Source: Haliotis rufescens
Taxonomy: Eukaryota
Direction of reading: 5' to 3'
DNA: 64,000 nt
Assembly (NCBI RefSeq): GCF_023055435.1
Contig: NW_025964223.1
Coordinates: 49,662,001 to 49,726,000, forward strand
Shown: piece by piece, positions 1 to 12,699 of the stretch
Layout of the letters: each line of letters starts with the position of its first letter
How positions within the stretch are numbered: position 1 is the first letter of the stretch
The notes under the pieces: generated by a model
The model's database searches: none
The model's input: only the letters and a program-made list of their open reading frames with translations
Told to the model about the DNA's origin: nothing
Position numbers and translations under genes: made by a program

Positions 1-408
1 CCAGCTATTTTATGTTCCCCGTTCTAGCTGATCGCTGGCAAACGTACTTTAGACTTATTAGAAAGTATTTCCATACATTTCTCTCGCCATACAACAGGTA
101 GATGTGACATGTTGCAGGTAGGGGGCTAGGCGAAACGCACACGACCAAGGGCGCACAACTCTTGGCGCTCTATTTGAAAAGTCGTGCACAGGCGAGGCGT
201 GTGTCGGTAAAACACCCCGTGGATGTCTGGCCTTTATCGCCGTTTTACACCTTTGAACACAACGTGCATGTGCAGCTACACACATAGGAAGTCTGCACTC
301 AGGATATTATATATATCAACGACACTAATCGCCTCACTTTCCAACATACACCCATTTGGGGGGTTAATAAACAAGCATAACAACAGTCATTAGTGTGAAG
401 ACACACTA

Positions 409-438
409 CCCCACCCCCCCATCCCCCCCCACACACAC
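409..438. repeat. C4-A-C7-AT-C8-(AC)n tract, variable in length between units
   Basis: The C8 run is C34 at 42806-42839 and C18 at 45846-45863. Confidence 0.9.
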
Positions 439-538
439 AATAAAATCCCTGACATACCTTTATCAACATCACCTATGTGTGTTATGTGCGTGGTGGGTGT
501 TGCTGCCACGTTATCTCTGTTATCACGAGAACCTGCAC

Positions 539-566
539 TTTATTACTGCTAATATACATATTTATT
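539..566 (-). terminator. Two AATAAA polyadenylation signals downstream of the stem-loop; in every unit
   Basis: tttatt at 561-566 and 539-544 on + strand. Confidence 0.55.
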
Positions 567-588
567 GTTTTGTTATCAGTGTTTTCAA

Positions 589-599
589 GTTTTCTTTTG
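589..599 (-). promoter_or_regulatory. Putative histone downstream element (U7 pairing site); in every unit
   Basis: Purine-rich CAAAAGAAAAC about 13 nt past the stem-loop. Confidence 0.7.
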
Positions 600-611
600 G
601 GGTATTTAGAT

Positions 612-627
612 GGCCCTGAAAAGGGCC
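612..627 (-). promoter_or_regulatory. Histone mRNA 3' stem-loop (SLBP site); repeated after every H1 stop
   Basis: CCAAA-GGCCCT-TTTC-AGGGCC on - strand, 44 nt after the stop; canonical 6-bp stem and 4-nt loop. Confidence 0.97.
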
Positions 628-670
628 TTTGGACCACAGAAATGTGGAGCGAAGGCGTGACAATGAGAGC

Positions 671-1234
671 TTAAGCCTTCTTTGGCTTGACTGCCTTCTT
701 CTTGGGGGTCTTGACCTTCTTGGGTTTGGCTGCTGCCTTCTTGGGTGTCTTCGCCTTCTTGGGCTTGGCTGCAGCCTTCACCTTCTTTGGTGACTTAGCG
801 GCCTTCTTAGCGGCTGTTTTGGGTTTCTTGGCAGCAGCTGGCTTCTTGACTTTCTTGGGGGATTTGGCAGCCTTCTTTGGTTTGGCAGCTGCCTTAGCCT
901 TCTTGGGTTTTTCGTCTTTCTTTGCCTCGCCAAGACGGAATGATCCAGCGGCTCCAGTTCCCTTTGATTGCTTCAGTGCGCCGTTCTTGACTCCATTTTT
1001 CAAAGCAGTCTTGATGCGAGCATTGATGGCCACCTGGTTGTCACCAACCTTGTAGTTGGCCAAGATGTATTTCAGAACAGCCTGTCGGGAAGAACCACCC
1101 CTCTCCTTCAGGGTTGAAATAGCTTTCTTGATCATCTCCAAATAGGTAGGATGTGCGGCAGCCTTCTTAGGCTTGGCAGCAGCCTTCTTCTTGGGAGTCT
1201 TGACAACAGCGGGGGCAGCAGCAGCATCAGCCAT
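671..1234 (-). CDS. H1: Linker histone H1, 187 aa
   Basis: Winged-helix globular domain ([24 protein letters not shown]...[11 protein letters not shown]), K/A/P-rich tails with SPKK/TPKK motifs, intronless, 3' histone stem-loop. Confidence 0.99.
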   Translation of the reverse strand: MADAAAAPAVVKTPKKKAAAKPKKAAAHPTYLEMIKKAISTLKERGGSSRQAVLKYILANYKVGDNQVAINARIKTALKNGVKNGALKQSKGTGAAGSFRLGEAKKDEKPKKAKAAAKPKKAAKSPKKVKKPAAAKKPKTAAKKAAKSPKKVKAAAKPKKAKTPKKAAAKPKKVKTPKKKAVKPKKA

Positions 1235-1290
1235 AGTGGTAAGTTTGAGTGGTAAAAATTCACGTCAGCTACGAGAGAAGCACAGAGAGC

Positions 1291-1413
1291 GAATGACACT
1301 TCCCCACAGACAGCCCGGCTGATACTCCGGAGGCGCGGACGTCGGAGGAGACACCCTGCTTGTTGTGGCTGATAGCTGCACGCTTACAAGCGCGTGTGCT
1401 TTTTCGTGTATTT
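1291..1413 (-). promoter_or_regulatory. H1 promoter: initiator TCATTC, GTCCGC (H4-box-like), AAGCACA/AAATACA (H1/AC-box-like); in every unit
   Basis: gaatga 1291-1296, gcggac 1335-1340, tgtgctt ~1395-1401, tgtattt ~1407-1413; no canonical TATA at -30. Confidence 0.55.
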
Positions 1414-2301
1414 GTATCCGAATAATCACTTCTTAATCAAGGAAAGTTTCAATTTCAACAATACAGTTAGGTAGTAAAAACATTTGGCTACATTTCGGTT
1501 ACAATAGCAACGCTCACGGGTGAAGTTCAAAGCCACACGTGCTGTTTCCAATGAAGCGACCCAGTCTAAAATGTAGACATCGCTACTTTCAAAAGCACAT
1601 TTTTAGCCTTGAGACTCAAGTTTATGCATTTTAAACGTTGCCTGTCAATTCTCAATATATCTAACTATGAAAGTAAAACACAACACTCATCAGTATTGCC
1701 TATGATAAGCTAGAACAAGCTTTCAAACAACGACAATGAAGCACGTTTTTCTGACGACTTCGCCATTTTGCAACAGAAAACATTTGACACTATATTTCTG
1801 GAGACATAATTTTGGTCACTTCAATTAGAGTTGAAACTAACTTTGTCATAACAAGTAAGTAACGGGGATTTTACTTTCAGGAAAACAGTCTAGTAAGACG
1901 AGGATCTCGGGACACAAGCAGCTAGGGCGCGAAGCCCCGAACAGTAACATATATACATTGGTGTTTAGATCACTCGATCGGTCGTCACAGATTAAGTCTT
2001 TTTGCCTGTCTTAATAGCACGATATTAGTAGGGGTCTTCGTCGTTTGGATGTTAATTTAACCAGAACAATATAGGCTACCATCCATCAACGAAAAGTGAA
2101 TGTTTCAGACGAAAGGCCGGATCGAGTGAGCGAGTGTGCCGGGCCTCGTGTTAAACAGTGATCACATGTTTTTAGAACGGCTAGATTTTAATCCCTGTAA
2201 ATATACATCATAAATCAACAAACACAACATGTCTACTGAACCCGCTGAAAACGCGAGCATGCTGTTTTCATGGCAATGTCTGTTTACCAATGTGTGGTGG
2301 C

Positions 2302-2307
2302 TATATG
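2302..2307 (+). promoter_or_regulatory. TATA-like element upstream of 5S (-31 to -26); in each uninterrupted unit
   Basis: TATATG at the position where metazoan 5S genes commonly have an AT-rich box. Confidence 0.6.
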
Positions 2308-2332
2308 TAGCTAAAGTTTGCCGACAAGCATT

Positions 2333-2452
2333 GTCTACGGCCATACCACGTTGAAAACACCGGTTCTCGTCCGATCACCGAAGTTAAGCAACGTCGGGCC
2401 CGGAGAGTACTTGGATGGGTGACCGCCTGGGAACACCGGGTGCAGTAGACAT
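2333..2452 (+). rRNA. 5S: 5S rRNA
   Basis: GTCTACGGCCATACC...CGATCACCGAAGTTAAGC...AGTACTTGGATGGGTGACCGCCTGGGAA...GTAGACA; boxes A and C; terminal helix GTCTAC/GTAGAC. Confidence 0.99.
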
Positions 2453-2486
2453 TTTTGCTGTGCGATTCCCACTTTTTTTCCTTTTT
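2452..2486 (+). terminator. Pol III terminator T5 plus backup T7 and T5; after each 5S
   Basis: T-runs at 2452-2456, 2473-2479, 2482-2486. Confidence 0.9.
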
Positions 2487-3677
2487 CGACCATAAGGTGC
2501 ACTTGCCTCATTCACATCTGATGTAATCATACACTTTTATTTCCTTGTAAATGGCCCCACTCATGCATGTCTGCTCAAAGACATAGCTGCCAGCCATGTA
2601 TTCTTACATACCTTTACAGAAAGGAATTTTCCACTATACATGTGATCATATTCAGTTGTCAGTTCACCCAACTCGTCAACTATTCTGAAGGCATGTACGT
2701 CCTTTTCGCCACATAAAGGTGTTTGCGTGCACCGATAATTGACTATTTTACTTACTTTCTTACTTTCAAAGCATGAATATATAATATATACATGTAAAAT
2801 TATAATGTTGTTCGTGTTAAGTCTCGGCTCACATCTCTTTGCCTACACAGATAAGAAAAGGAGAAAGAGTTAGATCGTACAGAGCGCCTGTCAATAGGAG
2901 TTCACTGGCTTGCTGCTGGAAAATGTATTTTGAAAGCTGTGAGCAAGCTGATCACTGTTGACACGCTTTAAAAATATGAAAAAAAAACGACGCGACTGTG
3001 TGATAAACCAGCTATTTTATGTTCCCCGTTCTAGCTGATCGCTGGCAAACGTACTTTAGACTTATTAGAAAGTATTTCCATACATTTCTCTCGCCATACA
3101 ACAGGTAGATGTGACATGTTGCAGGTAGGGGGCTAGGCGAAACGCACACGACCAAGGGCGCACAACTCTTGGCGCTCTATTTGAAAAGTCGTGCACAGGC
3201 GAGGCGTGTGTCGGTAAAACACCCCGTGGATGTCTGGCCTTTATCGCCGTTTTACACCTTTGAACACAACGTGCATGTGCAGCTACACACATAGGAAGTC
3301 TGCACTCAGGATATTATATATATCAACGACACTAATCGCCTCACTTTCCAACATACACCCATTTGGGGGGTTAATAAACAAGCATAACAACAGTCATTAG
3401 TGTGAAGACACACTACCCCACCCCCCCATCCCCCCCCACACACACAATAAAATCCCTGACATACCTTTATCAACATCACCTATGTGTGTTATGTGCGTGG
3501 TGGGTGTTGCTGCCACGTTATCTCTGTTATCACGAGAACCTGCACTTTATTACTGCTAATATACATATTTATTGTTTTGTTATCAGTGTTTTCAAGTTTT
3601 CTTTTGGGGTATTTGGATGGCCCTGAAAAGGGCCTTTGGACCACAGAAATGTGGAGCGAAGGCGTGACAATGAGAGC

Positions 3678-4241
3678 TTAAGCCTTCTTTGGCTTGACTG
3701 CCTTCTTCTTGGGGGTCTTGACCTTCTTGGGTTTGGCTGCTGCCTTCTTGGGTGTCTTCGCCTTCTTGGGCTTGGCTGCAGCCTTCACCTTCTTTGGTGA
3801 CTTAGCGGCCTTCTTAGCGGCTGTTTTGGGTTTCTTGGCAGCAGCTGGCTTCTTGACTTTCTTGGGGGATTTGGCAGCCTTCTTTGGTTTGGCAGCTGCC
3901 TTAGCCTTCTTGGGTTTTTCGTCTTTCTTTGCCTCGCCAAGACGGAATGATCCAGCGGCTCCAGTTCCCTTTGATTGCTTCAGTGCGCCGTTCTTGACTC
4001 CATTTTTCAAAGCAGTCTTGATGCGAGCATTGATGGCCACCTGGTTGTCACCAACCTTGTAGTTGGCCAAGATGTATTTCAGAACAGCCTGTCGGGAAGA
4101 ACCACCCCTCTCCTTCAGGGTTGAAATAGCTTTCTTGATCATCTCCAAATAGGTAGGATGTGCGGCAGCCTTCTTAGGCTTGGCAGCAGCCTTCTTCTTG
4201 GGAGTCTTGACAACAGCGGGGGCAGCAGCAGCATCAGCCAT
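3678..4241 (-). CDS. H1: Linker histone H1
   Basis: Same protein as 671..1234. Confidence 0.99.
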   Translation of the reverse strand: MADAAAAPAVVKTPKKKAAAKPKKAAAHPTYLEMIKKAISTLKERGGSSRQAVLKYILANYKVGDNQVAINARIKTALKNGVKNGALKQSKGTGAAGSFRLGEAKKDEKPKKAKAAAKPKKAAKSPKKVKKPAAAKKPKTAAKKAAKSPKKVKAAAKPKKAKTPKKAAAKPKKVKTPKKKAVKPKKA

Positions 4242-5339
4242 AGTGGTAAGTTTGAGTGGTAAAAATTCACGTCAGCTACGAGAGAAGCACAGAGAGCGAA
4301 TGACACTTCCCCACAGACAGCCCGGCTGATACTCCGGAGGCGCGGACGTCGGAGGAGACACCCTGCTTGTTGTGGCTGATAGCTGCACGCTTACAAGCGC
4401 GTGTGCTTTTTCGTGTATTTGTATCCGAATAATCACTTCTTAATCAAGGAAAGTTTCAATTTCAACAATACAGTTAGGTAGTAAAAACATTTGGCTACAT
4501 TTCGGTTACAATAGCAACGCTCACGGGTGAAGTTCAAAGCCACACGTGCTGTTTCCAATGAAGCGACCCAGTCTAAAATGTAGACATCGCTACTTTCAAA
4601 AGCACATTTTTAGCCTTGAGACTCAAGTTTATGCATTTTAAACGTTGCCTGTCAATTCTCAATATATCTAACTATGAAAGTAAAACACAACACTCATCAG
4701 TATTGCCTATGATAAGCTAGAACAAGCTTTCAAACAACGACAATGAAGCACGTTTTTCTGACGACTTCGCCATTTTGCAACAGAAAACATTTGACACTAT
4801 ATTTCTGGAGACATAATTTTGGTCACTTCAATTAGAGTTGAAACTAACTTTGTCATAACAAGTAAGTAACGGGGATTTTACTTTCAGGAAAACAGTCTAG
4901 TAAGACGAGGATCTCGGGACACAAGCAGCTAGGGCGCGAAGCCCCGAACAGTAACATATATACATTGGTGTTTAGATCACTCGATCGGTCGTCACAGATT
5001 AAGTCTTTTTGCCTGTCTTAATAGCACGATATTAGTAGGGGTCTTCGTCGTTTGGATGTTAATTTTACCAGAACAATATAGGCTACCATCCATCAACGAA
5101 AAGTGAATGTTTCAGACGAAAGGCCGGATCGAGTGAGCGAGTGTGCCGGGCCTCGTGTTAAACAGTGATCACATGTTTTTAGAACGGCTAGATTTTAATC
5201 CCTGTAAATATACATCATAAATCAACAAACACAACATGTCTACTGAACCCGCTGAAAACGCGAGCATGCTGTTTTCATGGCAATGTCTGTTTACCAATGT
5301 GTGGTGGCTATATGTAGCTAAAGTTTGCCGACAAGCATT

Positions 5340-5459
5340 GTCTACGACCATACCACGTTGAAAACACCGGTTCTCGTCCGATCACCGAAGTTAAGCAACG
5401 TCGGGCCCGGAGAGTACTTGGATGGGTGACCGCCTGGGAACACCGGGTGCAGTAGACAT
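5340..5459 (+). rRNA. 5S: 5S rRNA (G8A variant)
   Basis: Starts GTCTACGACC. Confidence 0.98.
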
Positions 5460-6684
5460 TTTTGCTGTGCGATTCCCACTTTTTTTCCTTTTTCGACCAT
5501 AAGGTGCACTTGCCTCATTCACATCTGATGTAATCATACACTTTTATTTCCTTGTAAATGGCCCCACTCATGCATGTCTGCTCAAAGACATAGCTGCCAG
5601 CCATGTATTCTTACATACCTTTACAGAAAGGAATTTTCCACTATACATGTGATCATATTCAGTTGTCAGTTCACCCAACTCGTCAACTATTCTGAAGGCA
5701 TGTACGTCCTTTTCGCCACATAAAGGTGTTTGCGTGCACCGATAATTGACTATTTTACTTACTTTCTTACTTTCAAAGCATGAATATATAATATATACAT
5801 GTAAAATTATAATGTTGTTCGTGTTAAGTCTCGGCTCACATCTCTTTGCCTACACAGATAAGAAAAGGAGAAAGAGTTAGATCGTACAGAGCGCCTGTCA
5901 ATAGGAGTTCACTGGCTTGCTGCTGGAAAATGTATTTTGAAAGCTGTGAGCAAGCTGATCACTGTTGACACGCTTTAAAAATATGAAAAAAAAACGACGC
6001 GACTGTGTGATAAACCAGCTATTTTATGTTCCCCGTTCTAGCTGATCGCTGGCAAACGTACTTTAGACTTATTAGAAAGTATTTCCATACATTTCTCTCG
6101 CCATACAACAGGTAGATGTGACATGTTGCAGGTAGGGGGCTAGGCGAAACGCACACGACCAAGGGCGCACAACTCTTGGCGCTCTATTTGAAAAGTCGTG
6201 CACAGGCGAGGCGTGTGTCGGTAAAACACCCCGTGGATGTCTGGCCTTTATCGCCGTTTTACACCTTTGAACACAACGTGCATGTGCAGCTACACACATA
6301 GGAAGTCTGCACTCAGGATATTATATATATCAACGACACTAATCGCCTCACTTTCCAACATACACCCATTTGGGGGGTTAATAAACAAGCATAACAACAG
6401 TCATTAGTGTGAAGACACACTACCCCACCCCCCCATCCCCCCCCACACACACAATAAAATCCCTGACATACCTTTATCAACATCACCTATGTGTGTTATG
6501 TGCGTGGTGGGTGTTGCTGCCACGTTATCTCTGTTATCACGAGAACCTGCACTTTATTACTGCTAATATACATATTTATTGTTTTGTTATCAGTGTTTTC
6601 AAGTTTTCTTTTGGGGTATTTGGATGGCCCTGAAAAGGGCCTTTGGACCACAGAAATGTGGAGCGAAGGCGTGACAATGAGAGC

Positions 6685-7248
6685 TTAAGCCTTCTTTGGC
6701 TTGACTGCCTTCTTCTTGGGGGTCTTGACCTTCTTGGGTTTGGCTGCTGCCTTCTTGGGTGTCTTCGCCTTCTTGGGCTTGGCTGCAGCCTTCACCTTCT
6801 TTGGTGACTTAGCGGCCTTCTTAGCGGCTGTTTTGGGTTTCTTGGCAGCAGCTGGCTTCTTGACTTTCTTGGGGGATTTGGCAGCCTTCTTTGGTTTGGC
6901 AGCTGCCTTAGCCTTCTTGGGTTTTTCGTCTTTCTTTGCCTCGCCAAGACGGAATGATCCAGCGGCTCCAGTTCCCTTTGATTGCTTCAGTGCGCCGTTC
7001 TTGACTCCATTTTTCAAAGCAGTCTTGATGCGAGCATTGATGGCCACCTGGTTGTCACCAACCTTGTAGTTGGCCAAGATGTATTTCAGAACAGCCTGTC
7101 GGGAAGAACCACCCCTCTCCTTCAGGGTTGAAATAGCTTTCTTGATCATCTCCAAATAGGTAGGATGTGCGGCAGCCTTCTTAGGCTTGGCAGCAGCCTT
7201 CTTCTTGGGAGTCTTGACAACAGCGGGGGCAGCAGCAGCATCAGCCAT
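6685..7248 (-). CDS. H1: Linker histone H1
   Basis: Same protein as 671..1234. Confidence 0.99.
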   Translation of the reverse strand: MADAAAAPAVVKTPKKKAAAKPKKAAAHPTYLEMIKKAISTLKERGGSSRQAVLKYILANYKVGDNQVAINARIKTALKNGVKNGALKQSKGTGAAGSFRLGEAKKDEKPKKAKAAAKPKKAAKSPKKVKKPAAAKKPKTAAKKAAKSPKKVKAAAKPKKAKTPKKAAAKPKKVKTPKKKAVKPKKA

Positions 7249-8346
7249 AGTGGTAAGTTTGAGTGGTAAAAATTCACGTCAGCTACGAGAGAAGCACAGA
7301 GAGCGAATGACACTTCCCCACAGACAGCCCGGCTGATACTCCGGAGGCGCGGACGTCGGAGGAGACACCCTGCTTGTTGTGGCTGATAGCTGCACGCTTA
7401 CAAGCGCGTGTGCTTTTTCGTGTATTTGTATCCGAATAATCACTTCTTAATCAAGGAAAGTTTCAATTTCAACAATACAGTTAGGTAGTAAAAACATTTG
7501 GCTACATTTCGGTTACAATAGCAACGCTCACGGGTGAAGTTCAAAGCCACACGTGCTGTTTCCAATGAAGCGACCCAGTCTAAAATGTAGACATCGCTAC
7601 TTTCAAAAGCACATTTTTAGCCTTGAGACTCAAGTTTATGCATTTTAAACGTTGCCTGTCAATTCTCAATATATCTAACTATGAAAGTAAAACACAACAC
7701 TCATCAGTATTGCCTATGATAAGCTAGAACAAGCTTTCAAACAACGACAATGAAGCACGTTTTTCTGACGACTTCGCCATTTTGCAACAGAAAACATTTG
7801 ACACTATATTTCTGGAGACATAATTTTGGTCACTTCAATTAGAGTTGAAACTAACTTTGTCATAACAAGTAAGTAACGGGGATTTTACTTTCAGGAAAAC
7901 AGTCTAGTAAGACGAGGATCTCGGGACACAAGCAGCTAGGGCGCGAAGCCCCGAACAGTAACATATATACATTGGTGTTTAGATCACTCGATCGGTCGTC
8001 ACAGATTAAGTCTTTTTGCCTGTCTTAATAGCACGATATTAGTAGGGGTCTTCGTCGTTTGGATGTTAATTTAACCAGAACAATATAGGCTACCATCCAT
8101 CAACGAAAAGTGAATGTTTCAGACGAAAGGCCGGATCGAGTGAGCGAGTGTGCCGGGCCTCGTGTTAAACAGTGATCACATGTTTTTAGAACGGCTAGAT
8201 TTTAATCCCTGTAAATATACATCATAAATCAACAAACACAACATGTCTACTGAACCCGCTGAAAACGCGAGCATGCTGTTTTCATGGCAATGTCTGTTTA
8301 CCAATGTGTGGTGGCTATATGTAGCTAAAGTTTGCCGACAAGCATT

Positions 8347-8466
8347 GTCTACGACCATACCACGTTGAAAACACCGGTTCTCGTCCGATCACCGAAGTTA
8401 AGCAACGTCGGGCCCGGAGAGTACTTGGATGGGTGACCGCCTGGGAACACCGGGTGCAGTAGACAT
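8347..8466 (+). rRNA. 5S: 5S rRNA (G8A variant)
   Basis: Starts GTCTACGACC. Confidence 0.98.
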
Positions 8467-9691
8467 TTTTGCTGTGCGATTCCCACTTTTTTTCCTTTTT
8501 CGACCATAAGGTGCACTTGCCTCATTCACATCTGATGTAATCATACACTTTTATTTCCTTGTAAATGGCCCCACTCATGCATGTCTGCTCAAAGACATAG
8601 CTGCCAGCCATGTATTCTTACATACCTTTACAGAAAGGAATTTTCCACTATACATGTGATCATATTCAGTTGTCAGTTCACCCAACTCGTCAACTATTCT
8701 GAAGGCATGTACGTCCTTTTCGCCACATAAAGGTGTTTGCGTGCACCGATAATTGACTATTTTACTTACTTTCTTACTTTCAAAGCATGAATATATAATA
8801 TATACATGTAAAATTATAATGTTGTTCGTGTTAAGTCTCGGCTCACATCTCTTTGCCTACACAGATAAGAAAAGGAGAAAGAGTTAGATCGTACAGAGCG
8901 CCTGTCAATAGGAGTTCACTGGCTTGCTGCTGGAAAATGTATTTTGAAAGCTGTGAGCAAGCTGATCACTGTTGACACGCTTTAAAAATATGAAAAAAAA
9001 ACGACGCGACTGTGTGATAAACCAGCTATTTTATGTTCCCCGTTCTAGCTGATCGCTGGCAAACGTACTTTAGACTTATTAGAAAGTATTTCCATACATT
9101 TCTCTCGCCATACAACAGGTAGATGTGACATGTTGCAGGTAGGGGGCTAGGCGAAACGCACACGACCAAGGGCGCACAACTCTTGGCGCTCTATTTGAAA
9201 AGTCGTGCACAGGCGAGGCGTGTGTCGGTAAAACACCCCGTGGATGTCTGGCCTTTATCGCCGTTTTACACCTTTGAACACAACGTGCATGTGCAGCTAC
9301 ACACATAGGAAGTCTGCACTCAGGATATTATATATATCAACGACACTAATCGCCTCACTCTCCAACATACACCCATTTGGGGGGTTAATAAACAAGCATA
9401 ACAACAGTCATTAGTGTGAAGACACACTACCCCACCCCCCCATCCCCCCCCCCACACACAATAAAATCCCTGACATACCTTTATCAACATCACCTATGTG
9501 TGTTATGTGCGTGGTGGGTGTTGCTGCCACGTTATCTCTGTTATCACGAGAACCTGCACTTTATTACTGCTAATATACATATTTATTGTTTTGTTATCAG
9601 TGTTTTCAAGTTTTCTTTTGGGGTATTTGGATGGCCCTGAAAAGGGCCTTTGGACCACAGAAATGTGGAGCGAAGGCGTGACAATGAGAGC

Positions 9692-10255
9692 TTAAGCCTT
9701 CTTTGGCTTGACTGCCTTCTTCTTGGGGGTCTTGACCTTCTTGGGTTTGGCTGCTGCCTTCTTGGGTGTCTTCGCCTTCTTGGGCTTGGCTGCAGCCTTC
9801 ACCTTCTTTGGTGACTTAGCGGCCTTCTTAGCGGCTGTTTTGGGTTTCTTGGCAGCAGCTGGCTTCTTGACTTTCTTGGGGGATTTGGCAGCCTTCTTTG
9901 GTTTGGCAGCTGCCTTAGCCTTCTTGGGTTTTTCGTCTTTCTTTGCCTCGCCAAGACGGAATGATCCAGCGGCTCCAGTTCCCTTTGATTGCTTCAGTGC
10001 GCCGTTCTTGACTCCATTTTTCAAAGCAGTCTTGATGCGAGCATTGATGGCCACCTGGTTGTCACCAACCTTGTAGTTGGCCAAGATGTATTTCAGAACA
10101 GCCTGTCGGGAAGAACCACCCCTCTCCTTCAGGGTTGAAATAGCTTTCTTGATCATCTCCAAATAGGTAGGATGTGCGGCAGCCTTCTTAGGCTTGGCAG
10201 CAGCCTTCTTCTTGGGAGTCTTGACAACAGCGGGGGCAGCAGCAGCATCAGCCAT
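9692..10255 (-). CDS. H1: Linker histone H1
   Basis: Same protein as 671..1234. Confidence 0.99.
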   Translation of the reverse strand: MADAAAAPAVVKTPKKKAAAKPKKAAAHPTYLEMIKKAISTLKERGGSSRQAVLKYILANYKVGDNQVAINARIKTALKNGVKNGALKQSKGTGAAGSFRLGEAKKDEKPKKAKAAAKPKKAAKSPKKVKKPAAAKKPKTAAKKAAKSPKKVKAAAKPKKAKTPKKAAAKPKKVKTPKKKAVKPKKA

Positions 10256-11353
10256 AGTGGTAAGTTTGAGTGGTAAAAATTCACGTCAGCTACGAGAGAA
10301 GCACAGAGAGCGAATGACACTTCCCCACAGACAGCCCGGCTGATACTCCGGAGGCGCGGACGTCGGAGGAGACACCCTGCTTGTTGTGGCTGATAGCTGC
10401 ACGCTTACAAGCGCGTGTGCTTTTTCGTGTATTTGTATCCGAATAATCACTTCTTAATCAAGGAAAGTTTCAATTTCAACAATACAGTTAGGTAGTAAAA
10501 ACATTTGGCTACATTTCGGTTACAATAGCAACGCTCACGGGTGAAGTTCAAAGCCACACGTGCTGTTTCCAATGAAGCGACCCAGTCTAAAATGTAGACA
10601 TCGCTACTTTCAAAAGCACATTTTTAGCCTTGAGACTCAAGTTTATGCATTTTAAACGTTGCCTGTCAATTCTCAATATATCTAACTATGAAAGTAAAAC
10701 ACAACACTCATCAGTATTGCCTATGATAAGCTAGAACAAGCTTTCAAACAACGACAATGAAGCACGTTTTTCTGACGACTTCGCCATTTTGCAACAGAAA
10801 ACATTTGACACTATATTTCTGGAGACATAATTTTGGTCACTTCAATTAGAGTTGAAACTAACTTTGTCATAACAAGTAAGTAACGGGGATTTTACTTTCA
10901 GGAAAACAGTCTAGTAAGACGAGGATCTCGGGACACAAGCAGCTAGGGCGCGAAGCCCCGAACAGTAACATATATACATTGGTGTTTAGATCACTCGATC
11001 GGTCGTCACAGATTAAGTCTTTTTGCCTGTCTTAATAGCACGATATTAGTAGGGGTCTTCGTCGTTTGGATGTTAATTTAACCAGAACAATATAGGCTAC
11101 CATCCATCAACGAAAAGTGAATGTTTCAGACGAAAGGCCGGATCGAGTGAGCGAGTGTGCCGGGCCTCGTGTTAAACAGTGATCACATGTTTTTAGAACG
11201 GCTAGATTTTAATCCCTGTAAATATACATCATAAATCAACAAACACAACATGTCTACTGAACCCGCTGAAAACGCGAGCATGCTGTTTTCATGGCAATGT
11301 CTGTTTACCAATGTGTGGTGGCTATATGTAGCTAAAGTTTGCCGACAAGCATT

Positions 11354-11473
11354 GTCTACGACCATACCACGTTGAAAACACCGGTTCTCGTCCGATCACC
11401 GAAGTTAAGCAACGTCGGGCCCGGAGAGTACTTGGATGGGTGACCGCCTGGGAACACCGGGTGCAGTAGACAT
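11354..11473 (+). rRNA. 5S: 5S rRNA (G8A variant)
   Basis: Starts GTCTACGACC. Confidence 0.98.
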
Positions 11474-12699
11474 TTTTGCTGTGCGATTCCCACTTTTTTT
11501 CCTTTTTCGACCATAAGGTGCACTTGCCTCATTCACATCTGATGTAATCATACACTTTTATTTCCTTGTAAATGGCCCCACTCATGCATGTCTGCTCAAA
11601 GACATAGCTGCCAGCCATGTATTCTTACATACCTTTACAGAAAGGAATTTTCCACTATACATGTGATCATATTCAGTTGTCAGTTCACCCAACTCGTCAA
11701 CTATTCTGAAGGCATGTACGTCCTTTTCGCCACATAAAGGTGTTTGCGTGCACCGATAATTGACTATTTTACTTACTTTCTTACTTTCAAAGCATGAATA
11801 TATAATATATACATGTAAAATTATAATGTTGTTCGTGTTAAGTCTCGGCTCACATCTCTTTGCCTACACAGATAAGAAAAGGAGAAAGAGTTAGATCGTA
11901 CAGAGCGCCTGTCAATAGGAGTTCACTGGCTTGCTGCTGGAAAATGTATTTTGAAAGCTGTGAGCAAGCTGATCACTGTTGACACGCTTTAAAAATATGA
12001 AAAAAAAACGACGCGACTGTGTGATAAACCAGCTATTTTATGTTCCCCGTTCTAGCTGATCGCTGGCAAACGTACTTTAGACTTATTAGAAAGTATTTCC
12101 ATACATTTCTCTCGCCATACAACAGGTAGATGTGACATGTTGCAGGTAGGGGGCTAGGCGAAACGCACACGACCAAGGGCGCACAACTCTTGGCGCTCTA
12201 TTTGAAAAGTCGTGCACAGGCGAGGCGTGTGTCGGTAAAACACCCCGTGGATGTCTGGCCTTTATCGCCGTTTTACACCTTTGAACACAACGTGCATGTG
12301 CAGCTACACACATAGGAAGTCTGCACTCAGGATATTATATATATCAACGACACTAATCGCCTCACTTTCCAACATACACCCATTTGGGGGGTTAATAAAC
12401 AAGCATAACAACAGTCATTAGTGTGAAGACACACTACCCCACCCCCCCATCCCCCCCCCACACACACAATAAAATCCCTGACATACCTTTATCAACATCA
12501 CCTATGTGTGTTATGTGCGTGGTGGGTGTTGCTGCCACGTTATCTCTGTTATCACGAGAACCTGCACTTTATTACTGCTAATATACATATTTATTGTTTT
12601 GTTATCAGTGTTTTCAAGTTTTCTTTTGGGGTATTTGGATGGCCCTGAAAAGGGCCTTTGGACCACAGAAATGTGGAGCGAAGGCGTGACAATGAGAGC

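Noticed and set aside
58-674. Short spacer ORFs (75, 74, 65 aa) repeated in each unit
   Set aside because: Repetition reflects array homogenisation; no domains; the 74-aa frame is broken by C-tract indels in several units
687-1055. 122-aa hydrophobic ORF on + strand in every unit
   Set aside because: Antisense shadow of the Lys/Ala/Pro codons of H1; no independent gene signals
1751-1782. Hammerhead-like CTGACGA...GAAA
   Set aside because: Stems II and III cannot be formed convincingly
1805-1865. Sm-site-like AATTTTGG suggesting an SL RNA or snRNA linked to 5S
   Set aside because: No leader and splice donor upstream; the GTAAG lies downstream; no U1/U2/U4/U5 motifs recognised
1873-1940. U3 snoRNA-like words (TACTTTCAGG, GAGGA, GCGCGAAGCC)
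   Set aside because: Spacing between the first two motifs is far too short and no box C (TGATGA) or box D follows
2162-2344. 60-aa ORF antisense to the 5S 5' end
   Set aside because: Its ATG is the reverse complement of the conserved CCAT in 5S; no coding features
2746-2766. TTACTTACTTTCTTACTT (and AAGTAAGTAA at ~1853) resembling the LINE tail
   Set aside because: No adjacent LINE 3' UTR sequence or TSD; low-complexity match only
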